A DNA stretch of 64,000 nt from Candidatus Altiarchaeota archaeon (GTDB lineage: Archaea > Altiarchaeota > Altiarchaeia > IMC4 > SCGC-AAA252-I15). The stretch's first letter is position 1. Each line of letters starts with the position of its first letter. A program made the position numbers and the translations under genes. Shown one piece after another: positions 27,544 to 36,565 of this stretch. The stretch covers positions 1-64,000 of the forward strand of contig JAZDNF010000013.1 in NCBI GenBank assembly GCA_043800255.1. The letters are read 5' to 3'. The notes beneath the pieces were generated by a model that ran no database searches, was not told the DNA's origin, and saw nothing but the letters and a program-made list of their open reading frames with translations.

Positions 27544-28059
27544 ATGAAGTTTATCACGCTTTTTGCCCTGATGTCGGTCTTGCTCGTCGCAGGATGCACG
27601 AAAGGCAAGTCTCCAGCCGTTACGACAACAATGTCGGCGCAGGCTTCGAGCATTTCAACATCGACCCTGGAGGGGAAGGTAAGCTTTCTCATGAACTTTG
27701 AGGATTATGAGAAGACTGGCGTACTGTCCTTTGACATGGAGAACAACCTCGGAGGCGACATCTACCTGATGGGATCATCGGGCATACACCCGTGGTACAT
27801 GGTCAGCCTGACGTTGGAAAAGTTTGCAGACGGCAACTGGATCGCTGTTGTGAACGCCTCAGACTACGGTGTGCCAGACCAGATGGTGGATGTCCCGCCT
27901 CTCAAGATAGAACGAGGAGGAGTCTATCATCTGGAGTGGAATCACAAGATACCAGACCCGGTGAACGGGACGTACAGGTTCGCTCTCGGCTACTATCTGA
28001 CGAAAAAACTTGAGTTCCATCAGAGGACGCACTCGCATGAGTTCACGGTAGGAAAATGA
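27544..28059 (+). CDS. Putative lipoprotein with Ig-like fold
   Basis: Lipobox-like LLVAGC, Thr/Ser linker, beta-rich domain. Confidence 0.7.
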   Translation: MKFITLFALMSVLLVAGCTKGKSPAVTTTMSAQASSISTSTLEGKVSFLMNFEDYEKTGVLSFDMENNLGGDIYLMGSSGIHPWYMVSLTLEKFADGNWIAVVNASDYGVPDQMVDVPPLKIERGGVYHLEWNHKIPDPVNGTYRFALGYYLTKKLEFHQRTHSHEFTVGK

Positions 28060-28553
28060 CAAAAGCGCTTGTTATAGGGAGGTTCCAGCCGTTCCACATA
28101 GGCCATCTATCCGGGATAGAGTTCGTCCTCAACAGGGTGGACAAGGTCATAATAGGGATTGGGAGCAGCCAGGAGAGCAACACCCGCGAGAACCCGTTCA
28201 GCGCGGACGAGAGAAAGAGCATGATAGAACGGTCGCTTGACTACGACAATAGCAGGTACGATATCGTCTACATCCCGGACATAAACGACGATGTCAGGTG
28301 GGTGGGGCATGTGAGGAAGATTGTTCCAGAATTCGACCACGTCTATACCAACGGCGAGAATGAGATGAGACTTTTCAAGGATGCCGGCTGCGACATCAAG
28401 AACATACCATTCTACAACAAAAGCACCTACAACGCGACCAACATAAGGGAGAGGATGAGAGTCGGCAGGCCTTGGAAGCATCTCGTCCCGCAGGGAACAG
28501 CCAAGACGATAGACGAGGTCGATGGTGCGAGAAGGGTGAAGGAGCTAGGCTGA
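28056..28553 (+). CDS. nadM: Nicotinamide-nucleotide adenylyltransferase (NadM type)
   Basis: GRFQPFHIGH, GIGSSQES, NPFSADER, NATNIR, WKHLVP. Confidence 0.92.
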   Translation: MTKALVIGRFQPFHIGHLSGIEFVLNRVDKVIIGIGSSQESNTRENPFSADERKSMIERSLDYDNSRYDIVYIPDINDDVRWVGHVRKIVPEFDHVYTNGENEMRLFKDAGCDIKNIPFYNKSTYNATNIRERMRVGRPWKHLVPQGTAKTIDEVDGARRVKELG

Positions 28554-30080
28554 ACTCAAAAGTTTTCGGTATAGGCTGATGTAGCCGTCAACTGTCGCCT
28601 TGATCGTGAAAAGCCTTGCCCTTCTCATGCCGTTAGCCTGGAGCTGCCGGTAGATTTTCCGGTCCTTTTTTATGAGAGCGTACATCTCCAGAATACGCTC
28701 AGAGAGGTCGTACGGGTTCGCGATGCTCACCAGCATGCCAGTGGACTTCCTGAAATCCATGAATCTGCTGTCAGCTATTCCGGGATAGTCAACCTGCACG
28801 TCCCTTATGCCTCCGGTCCTGGAGCCTATCACCGGAGCTCCCTTGCACATTGCCTCAATCTGGGTGAAACCGAAAGGCTCGAAGCGTGATGGCATAATGT
28901 AGGCGTCGGCCGCAAGATAATAGGGCATTAGGTCATCAACCCATCCCCTCTTCACGTACACCTTTTTAGGATGCTTCTGCCTCAACTTCCGGAGTATGTT
29001 CTTGACCTTCCTGTCGAGGTTCCTCCCTCCTGCCAGGAGTATGAACCGGACATCCTCAATCCGCGGGTTCTCCTCCAGGAACATGTCAACAGACTGAACA
29101 AGGGCGTCTGTCGCCTTCTGCCCGGTGTTCTGCCGACCAGTATTCAGGAAGACTATGCCATCCTTCAGGCCTAACAATCTGAGGAGCTTCGACTTCGCAT
29201 TCCTCTTCTTCCCTAAGTCGGATAGTGTCATCTCTCTGACGTTCATGCCGTTGTAGACGTAGGCGAACTTGTCCTTGGGGATGCCCTTACTCTTGAAGGG
29301 AGGCCACACGTCATACTTTAGGTAGCTCCTGCTTACCGTGTTCACCATGTCAGCATAGTATGCTATGATGCCCTCAGTCCATACTGGACTCAGGACCCTT
29401 CCCCCGCGTCCTTTTTTCCTGCCCTTCGCAGGCGTGTAGGCGAACCGCTCGATTATCGAGGCAGGAATAAATTTTGAGATGCCGAAATCTTTGAGCACCT
29501 TTCTTGGGACCATGTCATCGACTCCCTTCTCATGCCCTAGCAGGTGTATCGTGAAAAGAAATCTCACGTTGGGAAAACGTCTTCTGACCAGCAGAGCGGC
29601 CATGCCAGCCTGCCGGTCATTCGCATGCAGCAGAACATTTTTGTCCTTCAGGTTTCTCCTGAAGTAGGTCAGAAAAGCCTTGGCGAACAATGCGACCTTC
29701 TCGTGCTTCCGTTTCAGGGGATAGGGGTTCTTTACGTTCAAAGCCGACTGTTCGTCCGAAGAGAAGAGGACTATGTTCTTCCTCCCGGTAAGCCCTCGCA
29801 TCCTGCGAGCCTTTACCGTCAAGTTTCCGCCGTTCACACTAATCTTAAATGAGTCGACAACCTCTGTTGCAGCCTCCAGGTCTATTCCATGCGAGGGGAG
29901 GAAAATCTGGACATCCACGCCCCGTTTCACCAGCCCGGCCTCAAGGCCCTTGATGAACGTGTTAAGCCCGCCCACGGTGCGCGGAGGGTATTCGAACGTC
30001 AGAAGGCAAATCTTCTCTCGCATCTTCGGTTCTGTTCTTTTAAGCATGCTCCCTTTTGACAGGCTGATATCGTCTCTCAC
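28545..30080 (-). CDS. Glycogen/starch synthase-like GT-B glycosyltransferase
   Basis: FEYPPRTVGGL, HAND, TIH, NTVS, YNG, PSRFEPFG, TGGIRD; start may be 30047 or 30023. Confidence 0.82.
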   Translation of the reverse strand: MRDDISLSKGSMLKRTEPKMREKICLLTFEYPPRTVGGLNTFIKGLEAGLVKRGVDVQIFLPSHGIDLEAATEVVDSFKISVNGGNLTVKARRMRGLTGRKNIVLFSSDEQSALNVKNPYPLKRKHEKVALFAKAFLTYFRRNLKDKNVLLHANDRQAGMAALLVRRRFPNVRFLFTIHLLGHEKGVDDMVPRKVLKDFGISKFIPASIIERFAYTPAKGRKKGRGGRVLSPVWTEGIIAYYADMVNTVSRSYLKYDVWPPFKSKGIPKDKFAYVYNGMNVREMTLSDLGKKRNAKSKLLRLLGLKDGIVFLNTGRQNTGQKATDALVQSVDMFLEENPRIEDVRFILLAGGRNLDRKVKNILRKLRQKHPKKVYVKRGWVDDLMPYYLAADAYIMPSRFEPFGFTQIEAMCKGAPVIGSRTGGIRDVQVDYPGIADSRFMDFRKSTGMLVSIANPYDLSERILEMYALIKKDRKIYRQLQANGMRRARLFTIKATVDGYISLYRKLLSSA

Positions 30081-30730
30081 CGGATGAATGCCAGTGCCTC
30101 GTCTATCCTGCCGAGCTCTATGCCGGTGGTCCTCATGCCGGTAACATAGCCTTCGGAGTTCGCAACCAACCCGGATTTTACGAAGGGGATGCCGGTGTTC
30201 ACAGAGCCGACGTTGCCTTCAACCTTCAGAACCTCTGAAATCTCTTTCAGCTGGCCCTCAGCGTCAGGGTGTGCTAAGAATCCGGTGTTGGTTGCAGCAA
30301 GGCATACGCCGGATTCCTCATGGCCTCCGACAGGCATTCTTTCGACGTCAACGCCGAGAACCTCAGATATTATCTTCGTGTCCTCCAATTTGGGGCTCAC
30401 TATCGCACCATGGTCATTACAGGAGATCAGATTGCCCAACGCGGTGAACCGCTCATCGACCCTGCCGACCCTGATCTTGTGTTTTTTGAAGAATGTTAGG
30501 GCGTCCTTGATCTCAGAGTCGGAGACGAAATACGGGAAGAGAATGCCGTTCGAGTTGCCTGCGCAGAACATTCCCACGAGAGTGGTGCCGTAAACGTGCA
30601 TCCTGAGGGTGGGCGCTTTGAAGACGTTTATCTCAGGGAAAGAGTGCGACAGTACCACGTACCGGTCGGTCGCAAAACCCAGCAATCCGATGAAATCCTC
30701 CCCCCTGACCCTAATCTGCTGGTAGTACAT
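30077..30730 (-). CDS. eif6: Translation initiation factor aIF-6
   Basis: VGMFCAGNSNG, ALGNLISCND, GSVNTGIPFVKSGLVAN, TTGIELGRI; follows rpl31e. Confidence 0.93.
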   Translation of the reverse strand: MYYQQIRVRGEDFIGLLGFATDRYVVLSHSFPEINVFKAPTLRMHVYGTTLVGMFCAGNSNGILFPYFVSDSEIKDALTFFKKHKIRVGRVDERFTALGNLISCNDHGAIVSPKLEDTKIISEVLGVDVERMPVGGHEESGVCLAATNTGFLAHPDAEGQLKEISEVLKVEGNVGSVNTGIPFVKSGLVANSEGYVTGMRTTGIELGRIDEALAFIR

Positions 30731-30731
30731 C

Positions 30732-30989
30732 CTACTTCCCAGATAATGAGGCGACCGTCTTATCCTCTTCCGAGGTTACGGTGACCTTTATCCTCCTCGG
30801 CGGCTTCTGGATGCCTCTCGCCCAGAGCATCTCGTTGACTGATTTGTCAACCTTCACCGGCTTCTTCAGACGCTTCTCAAGAAACTTTCGCACATATTTT
30901 ACAGCGTCAGCAGCTCTCCTAGACTTCCTCTTGTCGTAAACTACCCCTAACGGGATCCAAATGTCCTTAGAATCTTCCTTTGCAGCCAT
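30732..30989 (-). CDS. rpl31e: 50S ribosomal protein eL31
   Basis: RAADAVKYVRKF..VNEMLWARGIQKPPRRIKV. Confidence 0.93.
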   Translation of the reverse strand: MAAKEDSKDIWIPLGVVYDKRKSRRAADAVKYVRKFLEKRLKKPVKVDKSVNEMLWARGIQKPPRRIKVTVTSEEDKTVASLSGK

Positions 30990-30992
30990 TTT

Positions 30993-31424
30993 CTACCTTA
31001 TGTAAGAGTTAATGTCATCCTCATCGTCTTTCTTGTCGTCTGGTATCATGATCTTCGGCGTCGGAAACGGCGCCGGAAGCCTGACCTCCCTCGACAGTAC
31101 CGTAGCCTCGACGATGCAGTTCAGGAGTATGGTATTGTGAACCTTCTCGGCGATATCCTTCGGGAGGTTCTTGTTCCCGCTCTTCTCCCACTGCTCGAAT
31201 ATGCTCTCGATCTTTTCCTTGGAATCCTCCAAGGACAGCTCCCCCGCTATCTTTATGACGCCGACGTTGGGCTCGTAGACGCTAGTGAACCTGAACATCA
31301 CGGACAGAGCAGTCTCAGACTGCTTGACCTCAGTCACCGTGCTGTTGTTGTTTATGGTAACATTCTGAGGGACGTCTGAAATGCGCCTGGCCTCGATGCT
31401 CAACACGCTCAAGTTTATTTTCAT
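30993..31424 (-). CDS. Conserved archaeal hypothetical protein, possibly SecB-like fold
   Basis: Beta strands (FRFTSVYEP..G.IKIAG), then helices ending in LPAPFPTPKI. Confidence 0.6.
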   Translation of the reverse strand: MKINLSVLSIEARRISDVPQNVTINNNSTVTEVKQSETALSVMFRFTSVYEPNVGVIKIAGELSLEDSKEKIESIFEQWEKSGNKNLPKDIAEKVHNTILLNCIVEATVLSREVRLPAPFPTPKIMIPDDKKDDEDDINSYIR

Positions 31425-31480
31425 GCTAACCTAATTATGCTCTATTTAATAAAATAAGGCCTATATCTTTTGGGGATACC

Positions 31481-32515
31481 ATGTCTGAACCGGTTTTCAG
31501 CCAATATTACGCCAGCGCATTATACGCCCTCGCCACTTTGGCAGCGTCTGTCATCGTCGCAAAGCTCGTATACGCCATACTCGGAAAGTACGCTAGCAGG
31601 GTCGCATCGAAGACGAAATCTGACCTTGATGACAGGATTCTCGAAAAGGTCAAGGCACCCGTATACTATATTATAATACTTGTAGGATTCAACCTCGCCC
31701 TCGGAGGCATGCTATCTGAGAGGTATGCTGGCATCGCCGGAAAAGCCATATCATCGCTTCTCATACTGGTGGCAGCGTGGGCTGGCGTTTCTCTGGTTGA
31801 CATTCTCATACTGGATTTTGGCAAGAAACTTGTATCGAAGACGAAGACGACCGTTGACGATCAGGCGCTTCCCTTCCTGTCTAAGGTTGCGAAGATCGCA
31901 TTATATGCTGTGGCGGTCACGATCATACTTGACAGGTTCGGCTACTCGATAACCCCTATTGTCGCAAGCTTGGGTGTTGCAGGCATCGCAGTAGGCTTCG
32001 CAGCCAAGGACACCCTCTCAAACCTTCTTGGGGGGTTTTTCATAATGGCGGACCGCCCTTTTGTGATAGGGGACAGGATACAGGTCGGCAGCAACATTGG
32101 AGAGGTTATCGACGTCGGCCTGAGGACCACGAAGATTGAAACGCTTGAGCATACGATAGTCATAATACCCAACTCTGAAATCGTCATGCGGGAGGTCACA
32201 AACTACTCCCTCCCTGATGTAAGAATCATAGTCAAACACCGTATTGGAGTCGCCTACGGCTCAGATCCCGAGAAGGTTAAGCGGATTCTGACCGAGATTG
32301 CAAGAAGCTGCAAGGTCCTGCCGGAACCTGAGCCGAGAGTCTATTTCACGGAATTCGCAGACTCCTCCCTCAACTTCGACATAGTCTTCTGGGTCGACGA
32401 CTTCAGGAAAAAACCCGAAGTCATAGACGAAATCAACACCAAAATAAACAAAAGATTCCAAGAAGAAGGCATCGAAATACCCTACCCAACCAGGACAGTA
32501 TATCTGAAAAAATAA
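31481..32515 (+). CDS. MscS small-conductance mechanosensitive channel
   Basis: GVAGIAVGFAAKDTLSN, DRPF.IGD, VGLRTT, IPNS, FADSSLNF, GIEIPYP. Confidence 0.93.
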   Translation: MSEPVFSQYYASALYALATLAASVIVAKLVYAILGKYASRVASKTKSDLDDRILEKVKAPVYYIIILVGFNLALGGMLSERYAGIAGKAISSLLILVAAWAGVSLVDILILDFGKKLVSKTKTTVDDQALPFLSKVAKIALYAVAVTIILDRFGYSITPIVASLGVAGIAVGFAAKDTLSNLLGGFFIMADRPFVIGDRIQVGSNIGEVIDVGLRTTKIETLEHTIVIIPNSEIVMREVTNYSLPDVRIIVKHRIGVAYGSDPEKVKRILTEIARSCKVLPEPEPRVYFTEFADSSLNFDIVFWVDDFRKKPEVIDEINTKINKRFQEEGIEIPYPTRTVYLKK

Positions 32516-32523
32516 CAGAACAC

Positions 32524-32835
32524 ATGAAAACATGGGAAAAAGGCGCAATAATAGGAGCACTATGGGGAATAATCACATTGCCAGCATATTTAATCATTGG
32601 TTATGTTTTCTGGGAAAAGGATATCCCTGAGATTGTTTCGATTTTTATGGATTTTCTTGCATTTGCTCCATTAATAATTATTGGATTCTTTTTTTCCGAG
32701 GTAAGTCTCGCAGCCTTACAACTTCAGAGTAAATTAATCGAAATAATTTTCTATAACACATTAGGTTGGATTTTTTCTGGAATGATAATCTTCTCAATTA
32801 TTCAGAAATATAGGACTAAGAGGAATAACAAATGA
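32524..32835 (+). CDS. Small 3-TM membrane protein (AT-rich)
   Basis: WEKGAIIGALWG start; hydrophobic helices; markedly lower GC than its neighbours. Confidence 0.65.
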   Translation: MKTWEKGAIIGALWGIITLPAYLIIGYVFWEKDIPEIVSIFMDFLAFAPLIIIGFFFSEVSLAALQLQSKLIEIIFYNTLGWIFSGMIIFSIIQKYRTKRNNK

Positions 32836-33014
32836 GAAAAGCTAATTTTTTAATTTCAATAATTTTCATAATTTACTTATTAGTTCCCCCGGTTCCTGCA
32901 TATAACACATATCTGAAACTGAAGGGGAATACAAATAAGTATCAATTGGATGCCCCAGGGAGGATTAATTCAAGCGATAATAACATTCCAGTTATAGTAT
33001 ATTTGAAAAAATGA
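32832..33014 (+). pseudogene. Probable truncated secreted-protein fragment
   Basis: Signal-peptide-like N-terminus but only 60 aa; ends in VYLKK like mscS, at the direct repeat. Confidence 0.45.
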
Positions 33015-33433
33015 CGACTGTTGTTGCGACTGGGGTTTTTGAGCTGATTCATCCGGGGCATATTCTGTTTCTGGAGGAGGCCAAAAAGCTGGGGGATCGG
33101 CTTGTTGTCATAGTGGCGTCTGACAGGAAGGCTGCTGAGAAGAGGAGGTTGGTGATACCTGCCGAACAGCGGCTGCATGTTGTTAGGTCATTGAAGCCTG
33201 TTGACGATGCGATAGTGGGAGACAGCGAGGACATGTTTAAGCCAATCCTCAGGTTGAAGCCTGATATTATCGCATTGGGTAGGGATCAGAAGTTCGACGA
33301 TGATGAGCTGAGGAGGATGCTTGCGGAGAGGGGGTTAAATGTGAAAGTGGTGAGGATAAGAGAGTACTGGGACAAGCCGCTGCACGCGTCTAAGAAGATA
33401 ATAGAAGAATTCAGAAAGCATCAGACAGCCTGA
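33011..33433 (+). CDS. ribL: Archaeal FAD synthase (cytidylyltransferase family)
   Basis: ATGVFELIHPGH, LVVIVASD, QRL..V.SLKPVD, PDIIALGRDQ. Confidence 0.85.
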   Translation: MTTVVATGVFELIHPGHILFLEEAKKLGDRLVVIVASDRKAAEKRRLVIPAEQRLHVVRSLKPVDDAIVGDSEDMFKPILRLKPDIIALGRDQKFDDDELRRMLAERGLNVKVVRIREYWDKPLHASKKIIEEFRKHQTA

Positions 33434-33597
33434 GTCTGCCCGGGCTTTTCCCTCTTCTGGTCTCTTGACAGCCTCAGGAGTATGCCGCTCATGCCGGCCT
33501 TCTTCATCTCCTGGAACTCCTTCTCCGAGACCGTGAGCGTTCTAGACCCCTCGATGAAAACGTACTCGCCAGTCTCCTTGTTGTAGTAGAGCTCCAT
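33421..33597 (-). CDS. 58-aa small hypothetical protein (below the ORF-track cutoff)
   Basis: MELYYNKETGEYVFIEGSRTLTVSEKEFQEMKKAGMSGILLRLSRDQKREKPGQTQAV*; starts 6 nt after the nfo stop; genome-typical codons. Confidence 0.6.
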   Translation of the reverse strand: MELYYNKETGEYVFIEGSRTLTVSEKEFQEMKKAGMSGILLRLSRDQKREKPGQTQAV

Positions 33598-33603
33598 CGT
33601 ATA

Positions 33604-34416
33604 CTATTGCCCCAGCAGGTTTTTAAGCTTTAGCGCGTCCTCCTCAAGATTAGGGGACTCTGAGATTAGCGTCATATCAGGTTTTAGCCGTCTTATCACG
33701 TTGGCCAGCAGCCTGTAATCCGGCTGCCCTGAGCCTATTGGGAGGTGCTTTCTCTCGCCTCCCTTTTCAGTGTACTCTATGCCTGAGAAATGGCAGTGCA
33801 TGTGTTTTTTTCCGAAGGCTGCGCGGTATTTTTCGAATATGCCTTCAAAATCGCTCTCAGTCTTGAGGTTCCCATTGTATCTTGCGTGCATGTGGCTGAA
33901 GTCGACGGCTGGGATGACGCCGTCCAAGCCTCTGCACAATCGTATTAGCTCGTCAAAGGTTCCGAACTGCTTCACCTTGCCTGTGGTCTCAGGCCCCAAC
34001 AGTATAGCATTGCCTTCGCCGTCCAAAATCCTGCGCAGGTCGACTACTGCCTCCCGTATCAGTTCGAACGCCTCCTCAGGAGGCCTGCCGGAGTAGAAGC
34101 CAGGATGGAATACGACGATGCCGGCGCCGGCCGCACGCCCTATCCTCGCCGACTTTAGGATTCTCTTCTTCGACGCCTCTATCTTCTGCTTCTCCTTCGA
34201 GGCCAGGTTTATGAAATAGGGCGCGTGGACTGAGAGCGTGATGTCGTTGTCTGATGCCGCCTTCCTGACGCCGGCAGCAGTCTTCTCTGTCAGGAAAACC
34301 TGCCTCACGAACTCCAACTCCATCGAATTCAGGCCTATTTCCCGCAGGGTCTCGATGCCCTCGACCACGCCGCCCTCGCATCTCAACGGTATGCCGCCGG
34401 TTCCTATGCGTATCAT
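33604..34416 (-). CDS. nfo: Endonuclease IV (AP endonuclease family 2)
   Basis: ELEFV, SVHAPYFINL, VFHPG, PETTGK, DFSH, HCHFSG, ISESP. Confidence 0.88.
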   Translation of the reverse strand: MIRIGTGGIPLRCEGGVVEGIETLREIGLNSMELEFVRQVFLTEKTAAGVRKAASDNDITLSVHAPYFINLASKEKQKIEASKKRILKSARIGRAAGAGIVVFHPGFYSGRPPEEAFELIREAVVDLRRILDGEGNAILLGPETTGKVKQFGTFDELIRLCRGLDGVIPAVDFSHMHARYNGNLKTESDFEGIFEKYRAAFGKKHMHCHFSGIEYTEKGGERKHLPIGSGQPDYRLLANVIRRLKPDMTLISESPNLEEDALKLKNLLGQ

Positions 34417-34448
34417 CTTATAAGAAATATTATTACAAAGTTAATAGG

Positions 34449-35279
34449 ATGGGCAGACGGCCGAAATCAATGAGGGATGCGCTTGAAGGCAGACTGGATG
34501 AGAACGAGTTAGATCTGGTGCCGAGGGCTTTTGACATTATAGGCGACATTGCGGTGCTTGACCTGCCAGATGAGCTTTCAGGCAAGAGGAAGTTGATAGG
34601 TGAGGCGCTCCTTGAAACGTTCACGAACATAAAGGTTGTCGTGAACAAGAAATCCAACGTTGAGACAGAGTACAGGATAAAGGACGTCGAAGCCATAGCA
34701 GGCGAGGATAGGACGGTCACCGTACATAAGGAGTACGGCTGCAGTTACAAACTGGACATCAGCAGAGCATACTTTTCGCCCAGATTGGGGACTGAGCGGA
34801 TGAGGGTCGCGGAGCAGGTGAATGAAGGCGAACGGGTTCTGGTGATGTTCGCAGGCATAGGGCCGTATGCGATACTGATAGCAAAAAAGAGGAAGCCATC
34901 GGAGGTTGTCGCAGTCGAGATCAACCCAGACGCCGTCAGATACATGAGAGAGAACGTGAAACTGAACAAGGTGAATGTGACGATTGTGGAAGGAGACGCC
35001 AGAGAGGAGGTGCCAAAGTTGGGAGAGTTTGACAGGATAATAATGCCGCTGCCGAAGGACGCCCAGGATTTCCTGGATGTTGCGGTGCCTGCAGCCAAAG
35101 ACGGCGGGATTATACACTTTTACAGCTTCGCCCACACTCCGGAAGAGCTGGGAGAGAGGGTTAAAGAAGTCTGCAGCAGTTTGGGATGCAAAGTAGAGGT
35201 GGAAAATTCAGTCCAATGCGGCTCCTACAGCCCCTGCCTTTCAAGAACGTGCGCGGACTTCAGGGTGACAAAAGATTAG
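34449..35279 (+). CDS. Trm5/Taw2-like (Met-10+) tRNA methyltransferase
   Basis: FDIIGDIA, HKEYG, YFSPRL.TER, MFAGIGPY, EINPDA, DRIIMPLP. Confidence 0.85.
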   Translation: MGRRPKSMRDALEGRLDENELDLVPRAFDIIGDIAVLDLPDELSGKRKLIGEALLETFTNIKVVVNKKSNVETEYRIKDVEAIAGEDRTVTVHKEYGCSYKLDISRAYFSPRLGTERMRVAEQVNEGERVLVMFAGIGPYAILIAKKRKPSEVVAVEINPDAVRYMRENVKLNKVNVTIVEGDAREEVPKLGEFDRIIMPLPKDAQDFLDVAVPAAKDGGIIHFYSFAHTPEELGERVKEVCSSLGCKVEVENSVQCGSYSPCLSRTCADFRVTKD

Positions 35280-36532
35280 ACTATGACGCCTCGCAGGTCA
35301 TAGTATGTGCAGTCGGTTATTCTGACTTTGACTTCTCGGCCAAGCATGTTTTCTGCTGGCTCCAGTATTATGGGCTTGTAGGCGTGGTTTCTGGCGGTGT
35401 AGGTTCCGTCAGGATTCGCCTCAGAGACCAGCGCACCTCCACCCCATCCAACCCATCTGCGGTTCTCCTCAAGGCCTATATTAGAGAACAGCCTGCTCAT
35501 CCTCCTGGAACGCTCCTTCGTGACCCTGCCAGGATGCTGGTCCAGTGATGCTGCTCTCGTGCCAGGTCTCGGCCAGAACCGCGACACATTCAGCACAGCA
35601 GGCCTGACCTGTCTTATAAGGCTTAATGTAAGTTTGAAATCCCTGTCAGTCTCATTCGGGTAGCCGCAGATGACGTCAGTCGAAAGCGTAATGTCAGGGA
35701 TGCTCTCTCTGATGCGGGAGGTTAAACCTATGAAATCCTCTGCAGAGTATTTCCTGCCCATATCTCTCAATACGTTGTCGCTGCCGCTCTGCACCGGGAT
35801 GTGAGCGAACTTGTAAATCTTATCGTTCCCGTATGCTGTCATAAGTTCGTCCAAGAAGCTCAGAGCATGATCAGGGTTCATCATGCCAACCCGAATCTTG
35901 AAGCCGCCGTCTACATCGCATACGCTATGGAGGAGCTCAGGCAGGCTGCATCCGATGTCAGCCCCGTATGCTCCGGTGTCCTGCGCCGTGAGCCAGAACT
36001 CTCTGACGCCCCTGAGCACGCCATCCTCTATCCGCTCCACTATGGAATCAGCATCATACGACCTCAGTTTGCCCCTAGCCCGTTTGGTAATACAGTAGGA
36101 GCACCCGCCCAGACAGCCCTCTGCTATGGGCACAATATCTATGAACTGGCTGTCAGATGCGCGCGGGGCTGAGAATTTGTCAGAGCCTACGTCGATTTTC
36201 ACGAACCTGGCTCCGGCTTCAACAGTCCTGACAGCGTCGCGTATGTCTGAGACGTTTGTGCCGATGAACGAGAACCTTGGGAACCGGTCAACAATCGACT
36301 GGTCGGCGGCAGGCAGGCAGCCTGCCACAATGACCTTGCAGCCGTCTCCTGACAGCGCCTCCAGACGCCTAATGATTTTATGCTCTGTGGGAGTCTTTAC
36401 CGTGCAGGTGTTTATTATCCTCAGCTCGGCATCCTCGCTGAGGGTATAACCCATCTCCTGCATCAATCCTGAGATTATGTGAGAGTCTGACTGGTTCAGA
36501 GCGCAACCGTAGGTCTCTAAGGCATAATCCAT
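35276..36532 (-). CDS. tRNA t6A37 methylthiotransferase (archaeal MtaB/CDKAL1 type)
   Basis: ETYGCALN, NTCTVK, AGC (UPF0004); GCLGGCSYC radical SAM motif; QSGS; C-terminal TRAM domain. Confidence 0.9.
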   Translation of the reverse strand: MDYALETYGCALNQSDSHIISGLMQEMGYTLSEDAELRIINTCTVKTPTEHKIIRRLEALSGDGCKVIVAGCLPAADQSIVDRFPRFSFIGTNVSDIRDAVRTVEAGARFVKIDVGSDKFSAPRASDSQFIDIVPIAEGCLGGCSYCITKRARGKLRSYDADSIVERIEDGVLRGVREFWLTAQDTGAYGADIGCSLPELLHSVCDVDGGFKIRVGMMNPDHALSFLDELMTAYGNDKIYKFAHIPVQSGSDNVLRDMGRKYSAEDFIGLTSRIRESIPDITLSTDVICGYPNETDRDFKLTLSLIRQVRPAVLNVSRFWPRPGTRAASLDQHPGRVTKERSRRMSRLFSNIGLEENRRWVGWGGGALVSEANPDGTYTARNHAYKPIILEPAENMLGREVKVRITDCTYYDLRGVIV

Positions 36533-36565
36533 CGTGGTTTTAAGACTAGGGGAAAAATAGTTAAT

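Larger units (their letters stand above)
32497..33014. repeat. Imperfect 19-bp direct repeats bounding an AT-rich insert
   Basis: agtatatctgaaaaaataa (32497-32515) vs agtatatttgaaaaaatga (32996-33014), 17/19 identical. Confidence 0.65.
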
